In this document: in pieces, positions 45,873-55,174 of the stretch
Numbering within the stretch: the stretch's first letter is position 1
How the letters are laid out: each line of letters begins with the position of its first letter
Assembly (NCBI GenBank): GCA_964535825.1
Contig: CAZHUC010000003.1
Span: 6,485 to 70,484, forward strand
Direction: 5' to 3'
Source: an uncultured Rickettsiales bacterium
GTDB taxonomy: Bacteria > Pseudomonadota > Alphaproteobacteria > Rickettsiales > SXRF01
DNA: 64,000 nucleotides
Position numbers and translations under genes: made by a program
Notes under the pieces: model-generated
Databases searched by the model: none
Told to the model about the DNA's origin: nothing
The model's input: only the letters and a program-made list of their open reading frames with translations

Positions 45873-45878
45873 AGCAAC

Positions 45879-47321
45879 TTACTCACATAAATTATTAGCA
45901 CTGACCATCAGAATACCATTTTCCAGGCGTGAGGCATTCTGCTTCAGCTGGCCGTACACGACATCGCGCGATTGTGCGGGGTTAGCCGCAAGTGTTACAG
46001 CCGCAGCGGCCAGTGCATAAGGCACTGCAAGTGAAGTGCCGCTTTCATAATTGCCGGTGTCACCCGATGCCACCCAGACATCCACACCTGGTGCAGCAAA
46101 ATCGATATGCTTTCCACGGTTGGCTTTTGTGAAAAGTTTTTTGTTCGCATCCACTGCAGTAATCGCGATGGTTTTTGGAAGCGCGGCTGGCCATACGGGT
46201 GCAGCACTGGCATTGTTACCTGCGGCGGCGAAAATGATAGCGCCGCGCTGTGCAGCAGCGTTAAAAGCTCGGTTAAGCACCGCATTTTCTGTCTGAGTTG
46301 CCAATGATATACCTATGAGCCGCAGTTTTTTATCCATCAGCCAGTCTAGTCCTTTAATTACCGAACCGATGCTGGCTAGTTGTTTCCCGCTTTCGCTACG
46401 AAGCACCGTGGCGGAATAGAGCTCATTATCTGGCAGCAATCCGTTCAAACCTGCATCTGGTGCATTACCTACCAATATGGATGCGATGGCCGTGGCGTGC
46501 GCTGTGTCCGCTGCCATGCCATCATTCAGGAAGTTTTTGCTGGTGATATCGCGGCCAGAAAATGCCGGATGGCTGGTATCTACGCGACCATCCAGCAAGC
46601 CGATCGGCAGTGACTTCGCTTTATCCGCACAGCTACCATTTTGCTGCCAGCCAATGGTCTTGGCTGCGTAGAGCCGCGGTGTGGAGGCTGCAGAAAGATC
46701 GTTGTTCCAATCAATATCCGCATCAGGAAAATCCTTGCGCAGCGATTTAAGTATTTCCTTAGCATTCGCAGGTGCAGGCAATACGAACATGATATCGCCG
46801 AGCGCACGCAGCACATGTTCTTCTGACCAGGCCATGCCACGGTCACGCAGCCAGCTTTCCAGCTTTGGTTTTTCTGGTGCGCGCATCAGGATAAGTATGT
46901 CTCGCTCCTTCGAGAGTGCCATCGCTTGCACCGGACACAGATGCAGCATCAGCGAAGTCTCTTCCAGCTGTTGCGGGCGACGAGGATCGATCATCGCCAG
47001 ACGATATTTACGGCCTGACTTGATAATATCCGCAGCAGGAAGACGCATAGTGTAACGCGTATCATGGCGCTGCAATACATCAAGCTCAATGCGATTATTG
47101 CCTTCCACCAACACAGGAGTCTTTTCTTTCCACGCCAATAAATGTTGGCCTTCAGCAGTGAAGGGTACACCAGTCATTAGACAATTTGGTAATGTACGAG
47201 TGAAAACAGGTGTGGTTTCCATTGCTGCGGGAGCAGGGACGCCGGCGCGCAATGCTCCCACTTGAGCAAAAGCTTCAGAGGCGTTTGCCAGCAGGCAGAG
47301 TGTGAGGAGTATCCTGCGCAT
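45879..47321 (-). CDS. Exported S8 (subtilisin-like) serine peptidase with a roughly 230-aa N-terminal domain of unknown function
   Basis: Signal peptide MRRILLTLCLLANASEAFA. Catalytic triad contexts are GLLDGRVD (Asp), HATAIASIL (His) and SGTSLAVPY (Ser). Confidence 0.85.
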   Translation of the reverse strand: MRRILLTLCLLANASEAFAQVGALRAGVPAPAAMETTPVFTRTLPNCLMTGVPFTAEGQHLLAWKEKTPVLVEGNNRIELDVLQRHDTRYTMRLPAADIIKSGRKYRLAMIDPRRPQQLEETSLMLHLCPVQAMALSKERDILILMRAPEKPKLESWLRDRGMAWSEEHVLRALGDIMFVLPAPANAKEILKSLRKDFPDADIDWNNDLSAASTPRLYAAKTIGWQQNGSCADKAKSLPIGLLDGRVDTSHPAFSGRDITSKNFLNDGMAADTAHATAIASILVGNAPDAGLNGLLPDNELYSATVLRSESGKQLASIGSVIKGLDWLMDKKLRLIGISLATQTENAVLNRAFNAAAQRGAIIFAAAGNNASAAPVWPAALPKTIAITAVDANKKLFTKANRGKHIDFAAPGVDVWVASGDTGNYESGTSLAVPYALAAAAVTLAANPAQSRDVVYGQLKQNASRLENGILMVSANNLCE

Positions 47322-47917
47322 TATGGCCTCGCTTTCTGCGCGCTTTCCACAATGTCTTTACGGGCACGCAGTACTTCCAGTTTCTGCTCGATATCACCTT
47401 CAGCCGATAGCTGATACACGCCCAGTGCCGATGGTCCTTCCACAATTTGCAGATCAAGCGTTACCAGCAACTCGCGAATATCTTTCTCACTGGCATTTGG
47501 TGCAAACATAATAGTGATAGCCGCACCTTCAACGCTGCTGCTGGCTGCGGTGAGATCCTGCTGCGGTGACTGCCAGACATGCACGGTCTGCACCATCAGC
47601 AGTAAGCAGGCTGCAAGCGCCACAGCACGCCATGCTTTATTATCCTGATCACTGACGCGTGCTGCAAGCTGGCTGAACCAGTCACTTTTTTGTTTTTCTA
47701 CACGGATCATTTTTTCCAGCCGCTTCCAGCCGAGTTCGCCGGGTGATTTCTCCTGCGGCGTTTCCTGCATCTGCGTACGCAGCCTGGTGAGGAACTCCAA
47801 TTCTTCTGCCAATTCAGGATTGTGCTTAAGCCCGTGCTCTACACTTGTCTTTTCTTCGCTGGAAAGCGAGCCGTTGGCATAAAACGGTAGCAATTCTTCT
47901 ACAGAACGTGTGTTCAT
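47321..47917 (-). CDS. Anti-sigma factor (single TM)
   Basis: N-terminal LLPFYANGSLS..E...VE.HL..NPE..EEL.FL motif, one TM (AVALAACLLLMV), and a 4-nt overlap with the upstream ECF sigma gene. Confidence 0.8.
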   Translation of the reverse strand: MNTRSVEELLPFYANGSLSSEEKTSVEHGLKHNPELAEELEFLTRLRTQMQETPQEKSPGELGWKRLEKMIRVEKQKSDWFSQLAARVSDQDNKAWRAVALAACLLLMVQTVHVWQSPQQDLTAASSSVEGAAITIMFAPNASEKDIRELLVTLDLQIVEGPSALGVYQLSAEGDIEQKLEVLRARKDIVESAQKARP

Positions 47918-48468
47918 GATGATACTCCCATGCGTTTAGACAGGCACTGCTTCATGGCCTGCTTGGCGTGGAACATGCGCGTTTTGACCGTGTTCTCCGG
48001 ACAATCCACAATGGTAGCAATCTCCGCGTAGCCCATGTCTTCGAAGAACGCCAGTTCCATCACTGCACGGTGGAGAGTTTTAAGTTTCTCCAGGCAGTAA
48101 TGCACATGCGCGTTCTCTTCGGCATGCAGCATGCAGGCTTCGATGTTGGGCGTTTCATCGGCAATTTCCGGGAAATGCTCTTCATCGATCAACTGTGGTT
48201 TTTTCTTACGTAATCTGTCCATTGTCTTGTAATACGCTATTCCAAAAAGCCAGGTTGATACTTTGGAGCGCCCCTCGAACGTACCGGCCTTTCGCCATAC
48301 ATCGAGGAACACTTCATTAAGTATGTCGGATGCTTCGAACGAATCGTTCAATTTAGTTTTGATAAAACGGTACACACGCCCCTCATAGGCACGGTAAAAG
48401 GCCGCAAGCGCGGCCTCATCACCATTGGCGATCTTTTTCAGGCAGGAAGCAGCGTCGAACGCCGTCAT
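47914..48468 (-). CDS. ECF-type RNA polymerase sigma-70 family factor
   Basis: 184 aa. Region 2 (FYRAYEGRVYRFI....ND...A.DILNEVFLDVW) and region 4 (ELAFFEDMGYAEIA.I...ENTVKTRMFHA) are recognisable. Confidence 0.9.
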   Translation of the reverse strand: MTAFDAASCLKKIANGDEAALAAFYRAYEGRVYRFIKTKLNDSFEASDILNEVFLDVWRKAGTFEGRSKVSTWLFGIAYYKTMDRLRKKKPQLIDEEHFPEIADETPNIEACMLHAEENAHVHYCLEKLKTLHRAVMELAFFEDMGYAEIATIVDCPENTVKTRMFHAKQAMKQCLSKRMGVSS

Positions 48469-48472
48469 AACA

Positions 48473-49630
48473 TTAAGGTGCGATCAGCTTGTGACGCTCG
48501 GAGCGCCCAATGGTCTTGCCCTGCTTATCAAAGGCAATCATACGCCAATCATAGGTGCGGCCAGATTCAAGCCCGGTGTAGGTGATCGCTGTAAGTGATA
48601 GCGACTGCTCATTGCCCGGAACTAACTTGCCAGCAACCAGCGTATCACCGTCGCTTTCCAGTATTTCCAGACGGTATGCACTCGCGCCGTTTACCGGCAT
48701 CCATGCAAAGATGGTCTTGCTGGTGATCTGCTCATCATCCGATGGTTTGGTGACCTCTATCTTCGCAAGCGGAGCTGATACGTCGCTGGATTTTCCATCC
48801 ATCACGAAATAGCGCAGTACAGGAATTTCTATACCACTGGTCGTGTCCTGCACAGAGAACGATACCAGATGCAGGCCGCTACTCCTGGTAGGAAGCGGCG
48901 GGCTTATGATACGCGTGCGACCTTCGCCGGAACTTACAAGACTCTGACGTACTTTCTGCAATACACGGCCTGTGCCAGTGCCAAGGCTTGCTGCGCCATC
49001 CACTACGCGCCATTCACCCTGCAATGTACCGTTGCTCAGGTAGGAGAGGGTGGCGACAGCGCGAATGGTATCACCCTGATGTACCACATCGGTGCGGTTG
49101 TCTTTTTCAAAGGAAAGATCCACACGGCGTATCTCAAGTTCACCGGTATTGCCAAAGCCAGGTGCTACTTTTAACACACCAGTGGCTACGGTTTGCGTAT
49201 CGGTGAACAGGCGTGTGATCACCACCGTGCCGGGACGAGCCGACGCGATAGCACGGGCCTGAGCCGCCGTAAGTGTGAGTGTTTCAGGGAAGGTGATCAC
49301 ACCGGTCTGGAACAACGTGAGCGTGGAGCTTTTGCTGAGCGCTGAGCCGATATTGGTGAGTACGCCATCAACATTCAATACCGCATTGGCAGATGATACG
49401 GTGCGTGTTGCGGTGGTTACCGATTCAGTGCGGTTGACGGCCCATGTAACTGTGACCTTAGGCAGCCCTTTAGGTGATACGGCCACTTGCGCTGGAATAG
49501 GTGTGACGCTGTTCACATCCGCCAAAGCGGGAATAGGTAGTAGCGCCAGCAATAATGCAGCGAGGCTAGAAGCCGAAAAGCATCGGCGCGCGAACGCGCA
49601 ATACGGTAAAGACTTGGTAAGCGGTTTCAT
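48473..49630 (-). CDS. Exported beta-rich (Ig-like repeat?) hypothetical protein
   Basis: Signal peptide ...LAALLLALLPIPALA/DV. The sequence is Thr/Val/Ser-rich and looks like beta-strand. The ATG at 49630 overlaps the 3' end of the upstream gene by 65 nt. Confidence 0.65.
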   Translation of the reverse strand: MKPLTKSLPYCAFARRCFSASSLAALLLALLPIPALADVNSVTPIPAQVAVSPKGLPKVTVTWAVNRTESVTTATRTVSSANAVLNVDGVLTNIGSALSKSSTLTLFQTGVITFPETLTLTAAQARAIASARPGTVVITRLFTDTQTVATGVLKVAPGFGNTGELEIRRVDLSFEKDNRTDVVHQGDTIRAVATLSYLSNGTLQGEWRVVDGAASLGTGTGRVLQKVRQSLVSSGEGRTRIISPPLPTRSSGLHLVSFSVQDTTSGIEIPVLRYFVMDGKSSDVSAPLAKIEVTKPSDDEQITSKTIFAWMPVNGASAYRLEILESDGDTLVAGKLVPGNEQSLSLTAITYTGLESGRTYDWRMIAFDKQGKTIGRSERHKLIAP

Positions 49631-51635
49631 CTTGGGTTACCCCTCCGTGGTTATCTTCTATGGACCCGCGCAGCGCCAATGCTACGCCGGGCTTATTGGT
49701 TTCTGGCTTGATAAGCGTCCATTCCACTTCGCTGGTCGCCATCTGCCTATCAGGTGAGCCGGTGCTGCCGCTGGAAAGGTTCAAATTATAATCGGCGCTG
49801 GCACGCAATACGTTTGGAATAATATTCCCTGATGCGCCAAAATTCAGGGTGGTATCAAAGCTGGTATCAGGTGAATTGGCACGGTCATGGAAGCTGCCCC
49901 CTTGCACGCCACCATGCACTTCCAGATTCTCTGACACGGTATATCCACCGAAGAGGCCGGTGATATTACTCATTGTATCAGAAGCGACATTGGCCTTGTC
50001 TTCGAATTGCGCCAGCGTATGGGTGAGCGACCAATACCAGTCACTATAGCTTGAGCCACCACCCAGCATCAGTGAACGGGAAACGTTATCGGTATCCGGA
50101 CCGGTGTAAGACAACGGTGTATGGATACGATTCATATCGGAAACGAAGCCCGACATCATAAGGTACGGAGTGCCGAGCCATGCCATGTCACCTTCTTGTG
50201 GATCGAAACTATAAGAAGCGTTCATCTGCAGTTGCTGCATGCGGTCACGCGGGGCAGTTGCCAGATCATCAACGTTATTGCTTTCACTCACCAGCTGCAA
50301 CCCAGCCGAGAGTTTATCCCAATACATATTACTGTAGGCAGTGATGGCATTGCGGTCAGCTGCCATACCGGGGTTTGCAAGACTGTTAAAGAACGTATCA
50401 AGGCGCTCATAGCGCACGCCGGTTACCAGATCAGCAGGCTTATCATCAAAGCTTAAGTTGCTAAATGGCCGTGCTTCCATGGCAATAGAATATGCGCCGC
50501 TGGTATCTTCCGGTGCGCTAAGTGCACCACCATCGATATCGTAGTCGGACTGTGCATATTCACCGCGCAACGCTAGACGGCCATCCATCAGCCCCTGCGA
50601 TACCACCATTCCCCAGCCAGAACCTTTTGCAACACCATTAGTTCCGGAAAGTCCTGTGCCAGCGTCGTTACCTTCCCCATCATAATATAATGTGGTGATC
50701 TCCATTGAGCCCGCGTCTGCGGAGAAAGGTTTTAACGATACAGTAGCACCTTCCAGGCGGTTATCAGATTCACCAAGGCCAGTGAAATCCTCAATGCCAG
50801 TGACAGATTCAGGTTTGAAAGCAAACACAGCTCCGCGTGCGCGGCCATCGGCTGCTCCAAGGCGTGCTGATGCCCCACGGCGATAGAAATTGGAAAGCAA
50901 ATACGATTCTACGCCGATATTATGGTGGCCGAGTGTAACACCACCCTGCACATCATTGTCTGCATAGTTCGCGGTCATTTCATATTCGCCGATATCCAGT
51001 GCATTATCGGTGAGTGCCAGATTGTTCTCGCTTTGCGCCAGATAATTGGTGCGGGTGCGTACTTCCCAATTGCCTTCATGCATGTCGGCGTGCAGATTGC
51101 CTGCGCCTGATACAATGGCTCGCTCGTTGCCGCTCGATACGTTCTTGTCAAAGGATCGGTGGCTGAATTCAGTGAGTGTATCTGCCTGAAACGAACCGCC
51201 GCGCAACCATGATTCAGCCGCTGCGATCTGTTGTTGTTCTGTCATGGAAGCTGGTGTCGCGGGCGCTGTTCCGGTTTCGGATACCTGATTGCCACCGATC
51301 ACGAAATCCCAGCTCTGCTTCGGTGTCATCGTGCCGTCAGGATTCATCGCTACCAGCCTTATTTGGTGACGGCCGGGAGCAAGTGGTTCTACCGGAGTAT
51401 AGGTAAAATCATTACCATCCAGCGAAAGCATAGAGGTGATATCTACGCCATCAAGTTCCACGCCCAGCATGGTAAGTTCAGCAAGATCAACATTCTTTGG
51501 CAGATCTATTCGTAGTGGCGCAGTGGGCAGGAACGCGCCACCAGGTGGTGTGGCCAGAGAGGCTTCCCACGCATATGCTGTCTGAGGAAGTCCTAGGCCC
51601 ATCAGGGCCGCACAGGTATAAAGCCGTAAGCGCAT
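49566..51635 (-). CDS. Large outer-membrane beta-barrel protein with N-terminal Ig-like domain, hypothetical
   Basis: Signal peptide ...GLPQTAYA/W. An N-terminal CopC/Big-like segment (YTPVEPLAPGRHQIRLVA) is followed by long alternating-pattern Gly/Ser/Tyr-rich sequence. The C-terminal ...RAPMLFGF has terminal Phe, an OMP signature. Confidence 0.7.
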   Translation of the reverse strand: MRLRLYTCAALMGLGLPQTAYAWEASLATPPGGAFLPTAPLRIDLPKNVDLAELTMLGVELDGVDITSMLSLDGNDFTYTPVEPLAPGRHQIRLVAMNPDGTMTPKQSWDFVIGGNQVSETGTAPATPASMTEQQQIAAAESWLRGGSFQADTLTEFSHRSFDKNVSSGNERAIVSGAGNLHADMHEGNWEVRTRTNYLAQSENNLALTDNALDIGEYEMTANYADNDVQGGVTLGHHNIGVESYLLSNFYRRGASARLGAADGRARGAVFAFKPESVTGIEDFTGLGESDNRLEGATVSLKPFSADAGSMEITTLYYDGEGNDAGTGLSGTNGVAKGSGWGMVVSQGLMDGRLALRGEYAQSDYDIDGGALSAPEDTSGAYSIAMEARPFSNLSFDDKPADLVTGVRYERLDTFFNSLANPGMAADRNAITAYSNMYWDKLSAGLQLVSESNNVDDLATAPRDRMQQLQMNASYSFDPQEGDMAWLGTPYLMMSGFVSDMNRIHTPLSYTGPDTDNVSRSLMLGGGSSYSDWYWSLTHTLAQFEDKANVASDTMSNITGLFGGYTVSENLEVHGGVQGGSFHDRANSPDTSFDTTLNFGASGNIIPNVLRASADYNLNLSSGSTGSPDRQMATSEVEWTLIKPETNKPGVALALRGSIEDNHGGVTQDETAYQVFTVLRVRAPMLFGF

Positions 51636-51714
51636 CCTATTTTCCTTCTGTCAAAAACAGGGGTGAATATTCACCCCTGTTTTTGTATTTCGTAACGTAA
51701 CCAGACATTATTGT

Positions 51715-53118
51715 CTATTCACGCACTTTTTGTACTGCTGGCAGCAGCAAACCTTTCTGCTGTTGCTCAGGGGCTTTCACATTACCTGGATTAGCAGGCT
51801 TTGGTTCTGGCGCTTTGATCTGCAGTGAAGGGCTTGGATCGCCACCCTGGTTCGGTGCAAGTTTCAGCTTTTTATCACCGCCTTTGTCGTCACCATTATC
51901 GAAGCCACCGATCTGGCCACCAGTGCTAACTGCCACGCTTGGTGTGCAGCGGTGCTTGAATACAGCGGTGTCATACTGCTTCCACTCACTCCATGTGCCG
52001 TCTTCATAATTCTTGTAACGAGCCTCGATGCGCATGTTGTGTGTGTAGGTCTTGCTATCAGCGATCGCCATGTAGGAATACTTATCCTGCGACAGTATTG
52101 CCTTGAGAGGGAAGCTGAAATCCAGATAACCACCACCGGTTTTAGGATTTTTTGCGATCTCTGACGTTTCGAAATAGTTGCCGTATGCGCCATAGGTGTT
52201 GCTTATCGCAGCGACACGCAGATCAACAAGACCCTGTTTGCCACCACTGATCGTGAAGTTCATGCGGATAACAGGATCTTTATCCGGTATGCACTTACCT
52301 GTGTAGTTAGGCATGTTGGGCTGGAACTGCACATCATTCAGCATGAATGGCAGGTTCGGGTTCTGGCCGATCTGGTTCGGGTTGTTCTGCATTTGCGCAT
52401 TCACCTGAACGTGATCACCGGTGAGATTTTTGTCGCCCTTATACTTGAGCTTCAGGTTAACCTGTGCGGTAGCCACCTGTGCACGGGACGTACTATCTTT
52501 CTTACACCAGGCGCCCATGGAAACCGTGCGTGACACGGTATATTCATGGTCATTGCGAAGGAATTCGAACTTTTTGCCACCACCCTGAATATGGGCCTGT
52601 AGCTTCTTGTTGAATTCTTCCATCGGGTCGAAACGCACGGCAGGATGCCCATTTTTTATGGATGCCAAGGGCACGTCATAGGTGTCATCATTGCCAGATT
52701 CGGTATTCCACTGGCCGTTGCCGATACCATCCCACACTGTCCATGAGGGTTCATAGTTGGCGTTATGCAGTGCCTGTGGCGCACTTACAGTATCACCACT
52801 TACAACGGCTGGCCCGAAATAGGCGCGGCCTTTATCGTAGTTTACTTTCTTGTCCTTTATGCATTTGACCGAGCCCGTCAGAGGGATCTGGAGTGTGGTC
52901 GTGGTAACTTTGATATCCGCATCATCCGCGAATTTACTGGTTGCTGTATTTTTAAGTTCCACCGTGTTAGGTGCGCCAGCACTGAGAGAGATGCTATCAA
53001 CATATGCATCGCCTCCAGTTGATGGAGGTATGGCGTAGGCCGGCATAGCGGCGCTGCCCAAAAGGGCAAAGGTGGTAACGAATGTGAAAGAATTGTTAGT
53101 GATTTGCGTGCCTTTCAT
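51715..53118 (-). CDS. Exported hypothetical protein (467 aa) with Pro/Lys-rich C-terminal tail
   Basis: Signal peptide ...ALLGSAAMPAYA/I. GGAG lies 6 nt before the ATG. No family recognised. It is the first gene of the operon. Confidence 0.65.
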   Translation of the reverse strand: MKGTQITNNSFTFVTTFALLGSAAMPAYAIPPSTGGDAYVDSISLSAGAPNTVELKNTATSKFADDADIKVTTTTLQIPLTGSVKCIKDKKVNYDKGRAYFGPAVVSGDTVSAPQALHNANYEPSWTVWDGIGNGQWNTESGNDDTYDVPLASIKNGHPAVRFDPMEEFNKKLQAHIQGGGKKFEFLRNDHEYTVSRTVSMGAWCKKDSTSRAQVATAQVNLKLKYKGDKNLTGDHVQVNAQMQNNPNQIGQNPNLPFMLNDVQFQPNMPNYTGKCIPDKDPVIRMNFTISGGKQGLVDLRVAAISNTYGAYGNYFETSEIAKNPKTGGGYLDFSFPLKAILSQDKYSYMAIADSKTYTHNMRIEARYKNYEDGTWSEWKQYDTAVFKHRCTPSVAVSTGGQIGGFDNGDDKGGDKKLKLAPNQGGDPSPSLQIKAPEPKPANPGNVKAPEQQQKGLLLPAVQKVRE

Positions 53119-53335
53119 GACTTTCTCCTATGTAAATGTTTGATGTTGGCTTGCAGTAGTTAGTCGGACGCCAAATCAGAAAGGTTCAAAAAAAATATCG
53201 CCAGAAGAACCTAAATGGAAGATAGATAATAATCAATAGGTTATTATTTCTGACCAATCTCAAAATTAATGTTTACGATTTATATGATTAATTTCTGCAC
53301 TTAAGCCGTACTACAGCAGCGGGATACTCTTCGGA

Positions 53336-53369
53336 AGTGTTAAAGTTTGAGCTAAATCGCCCCCCCGCA
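53336..53369 (+). repeat. Direct repeat copy 2 (agtgttaaagtttgagctaaatcgc + CCCCCCGCA)
   Basis: See copy 1. It lies about 220 bp upstream of the first gene of the ECF/S8 operon. Confidence 0.85.
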
Positions 53370-53587
53370 CCAATCTGGTTTATCTTCGTGCACTTCTGCG
53401 AACACTCTATATTATACCCTTTCTGGAAAAGAAAAACTTTGCTATGGCTTTCGGCGAGTCCTGCGAGCGCATGCAACTGATTATAAGATGGCCGCTAAAG
53501 GGTATATCTCTGACTATAGAATCATTGTATTCACTGATTCAGCCGATAAATTAGCAACACATCTCTTAAACAAAATGAGGGACTGAA

Positions 53588-55174
53588 ATGAACCATGAGA
53601 AAATAAACCTTATCGTCAGACAGGCCACTTTTGATGATGTCCCTGCCATCGCTGAAATGGCAAAGAGGGTGTACGGTGATCTTGCGATGAAAGAAGAGAT
53701 GATCGCCGGGCAACTGACCGCTTTCCCTCAGGGACAATTCGTTGCTACCTATAACGGAGAGATCGCCGGGCACTGCGCAACATTCATCATCTCCGAGGCC
53801 TTGGGCCTCAAATCCCATAGCTGGCGGCAGATCACCGGTCATGGCTTTGCCTCTCGCCACGATCCGGAGGGTGATTATCTCTATGGCATGGAAATTTGTG
53901 TGGATGCACAGTTCCGTGGTCTGCGTATCGGCCAACGTCTTTATGATCGGCGCAAACAATTATGCAAAGACCTTAAACTGAAAGGCATCGTGTTCGGTGG
54001 TCGTATGCCGGGTCTGGCAAAAAAAGTGAAACAATATGGCTCGCCGCAAGCCTATGCGGAACAGGTGCAAAAAGGCGCAATACGCGATCAGGTCATTAGT
54101 TTCCAACTTCGCAATGGATTCAAGATCATAGGTTTGCTGGAAGATTATCTCCCGCTGGATACCGAGTCACTCGGGTATGCCACGCATATGGTATGGTACA
54201 ATCCGAAGGTCGACCACCATACCAATAAACCACAGGAACAGCGTGGTCGTACGCAGAATTCCGTTCGCATCGCCTCGGTGCAATATCAGGCGCGCAAGGT
54301 AAAATCGTTCGAAGATTTTGCTGCGCAGATGGAATATTTCGTCGATGTGGCGGCGGATTACTCTTCGGATTTTGTGGTGTTCCCAGAGATGCTCACCATC
54401 CCGCTGCTTTCTATCGAGAATAAGAAACTCACACCCCAGCAATCCATCGAGAAAATTTCCAGCTACACGGAAGCCTTTGTATCATTCATGCAGAAGCTGG
54501 CCGTATCTTATAACATCAATATTATTGGCGGTTCGCATCCGACCCTGATGAAAGACGGAAGCCTGGAAAATCATGCCTATATCTTTCTGCGCTCCGGTGC
54601 AGTGCATACACAGCCAAAGATCCACCCCACGCCGAATGAGCGCTATTGGTGGAACATTGAAGGCGGCGACAAGCTAAAAGCCATTCAAACCGATTGCGGG
54701 CCTATCGGTGTTCTGATCTGTTATGACTCGGAATTCCCAGAACCGGTGCGTTACCTCACAGATCAGGGCATGAAGATATTGTTCGTTCCATTCTGTACTG
54801 ATGAACGGCAGGGCTATTTGCGCGTGCGCTATTGCTGTCAGGCGCGGGCGATCGAGAACCAGATCTATGTCGTGACCTCAGGCATTGTGGGCAACTTGCC
54901 TGATGTGGAGAACATGGATGTGCATTATGCTGAAAGCGGTATTTTCACACCATGCGATTTTCCATTCGCTCGTGATGGTATTGCGGCAATCGCTGATGCT
55001 AACACGGAAACGATCATCTTTGCTGACCTTAAGCTAGACCAGCTCACCATCAGCCGAAATTCTGGCACAGTGCAGAACCTGAAAGACAGGAGGTTTGACC
55101 TGTATCGTGTGGAATGGAATCCAAAACCTGCTGCACAGCAAGAACCGGTCGTTAAGATTAAAGAGAAGCCATGA
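53588..55174 (+). CDS. Fusion protein: GNAT N-acetyltransferase domain + carbon-nitrogen hydrolase (nitrilase-superfamily) domain
   Basis: The N-terminal GNAT has the QFRGLRIGQRLY acetyl-CoA motif. The C-terminal CN-hydrolase has the Glu (FPEM), Lys, and Cys (VLICYDSEFPE) catalytic contexts. Confidence 0.85.
   Translation: MNHEKINLIVRQATFDDVPAIAEMAKRVYGDLAMKEEMIAGQLTAFPQGQFVATYNGEIAGHCATFIISEALGLKSHSWRQITGHGFASRHDPEGDYLYGMEICVDAQFRGLRIGQRLYDRRKQLCKDLKLKGIVFGGRMPGLAKKVKQYGSPQAYAEQVQKGAIRDQVISFQLRNGFKIIGLLEDYLPLDTESLGYATHMVWYNPKVDHHTNKPQEQRGRTQNSVRIASVQYQARKVKSFEDFAAQMEYFVDVAADYSSDFVVFPEMLTIPLLSIENKKLTPQQSIEKISSYTEAFVSFMQKLAVSYNINIIGGSHPTLMKDGSLENHAYIFLRSGAVHTQPKIHPTPNERYWWNIEGGDKLKAIQTDCGPIGVLICYDSEFPEPVRYLTDQGMKILFVPFCTDERQGYLRVRYCCQARAIENQIYVVTSGIVGNLPDVENMDVHYAESGIFTPCDFPFARDGIAAIADANTETIIFADLKLDQLTISRNSGTVQNLKDRRFDLYRVEWNPKPAAQQEPVVKIKEKP

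Noticed and set aside
53166-53188. Possible ECF-type promoter (TGAACC ... CGTCC) upstream of the 467-aa gene on the minus strand
   Set aside because: The spacer between the AAC and CGT elements is only about 13 nt, against the 16-17 nt usual for ECF promoters. A match this short is expected by chance. I kept it only as a note for transcript mapping.
53288-53959. Minus-strand ORFs of 62 aa and 142 aa in and next to the 53.1-53.6 kb intergenic region
   Set aside because: The 62-aa ORF merely spans the 25-bp repeat element. The 142-aa ORF is antisense to the 5' end of the GNAT-nitrilase gene. Neither has motifs or a convincing start context.
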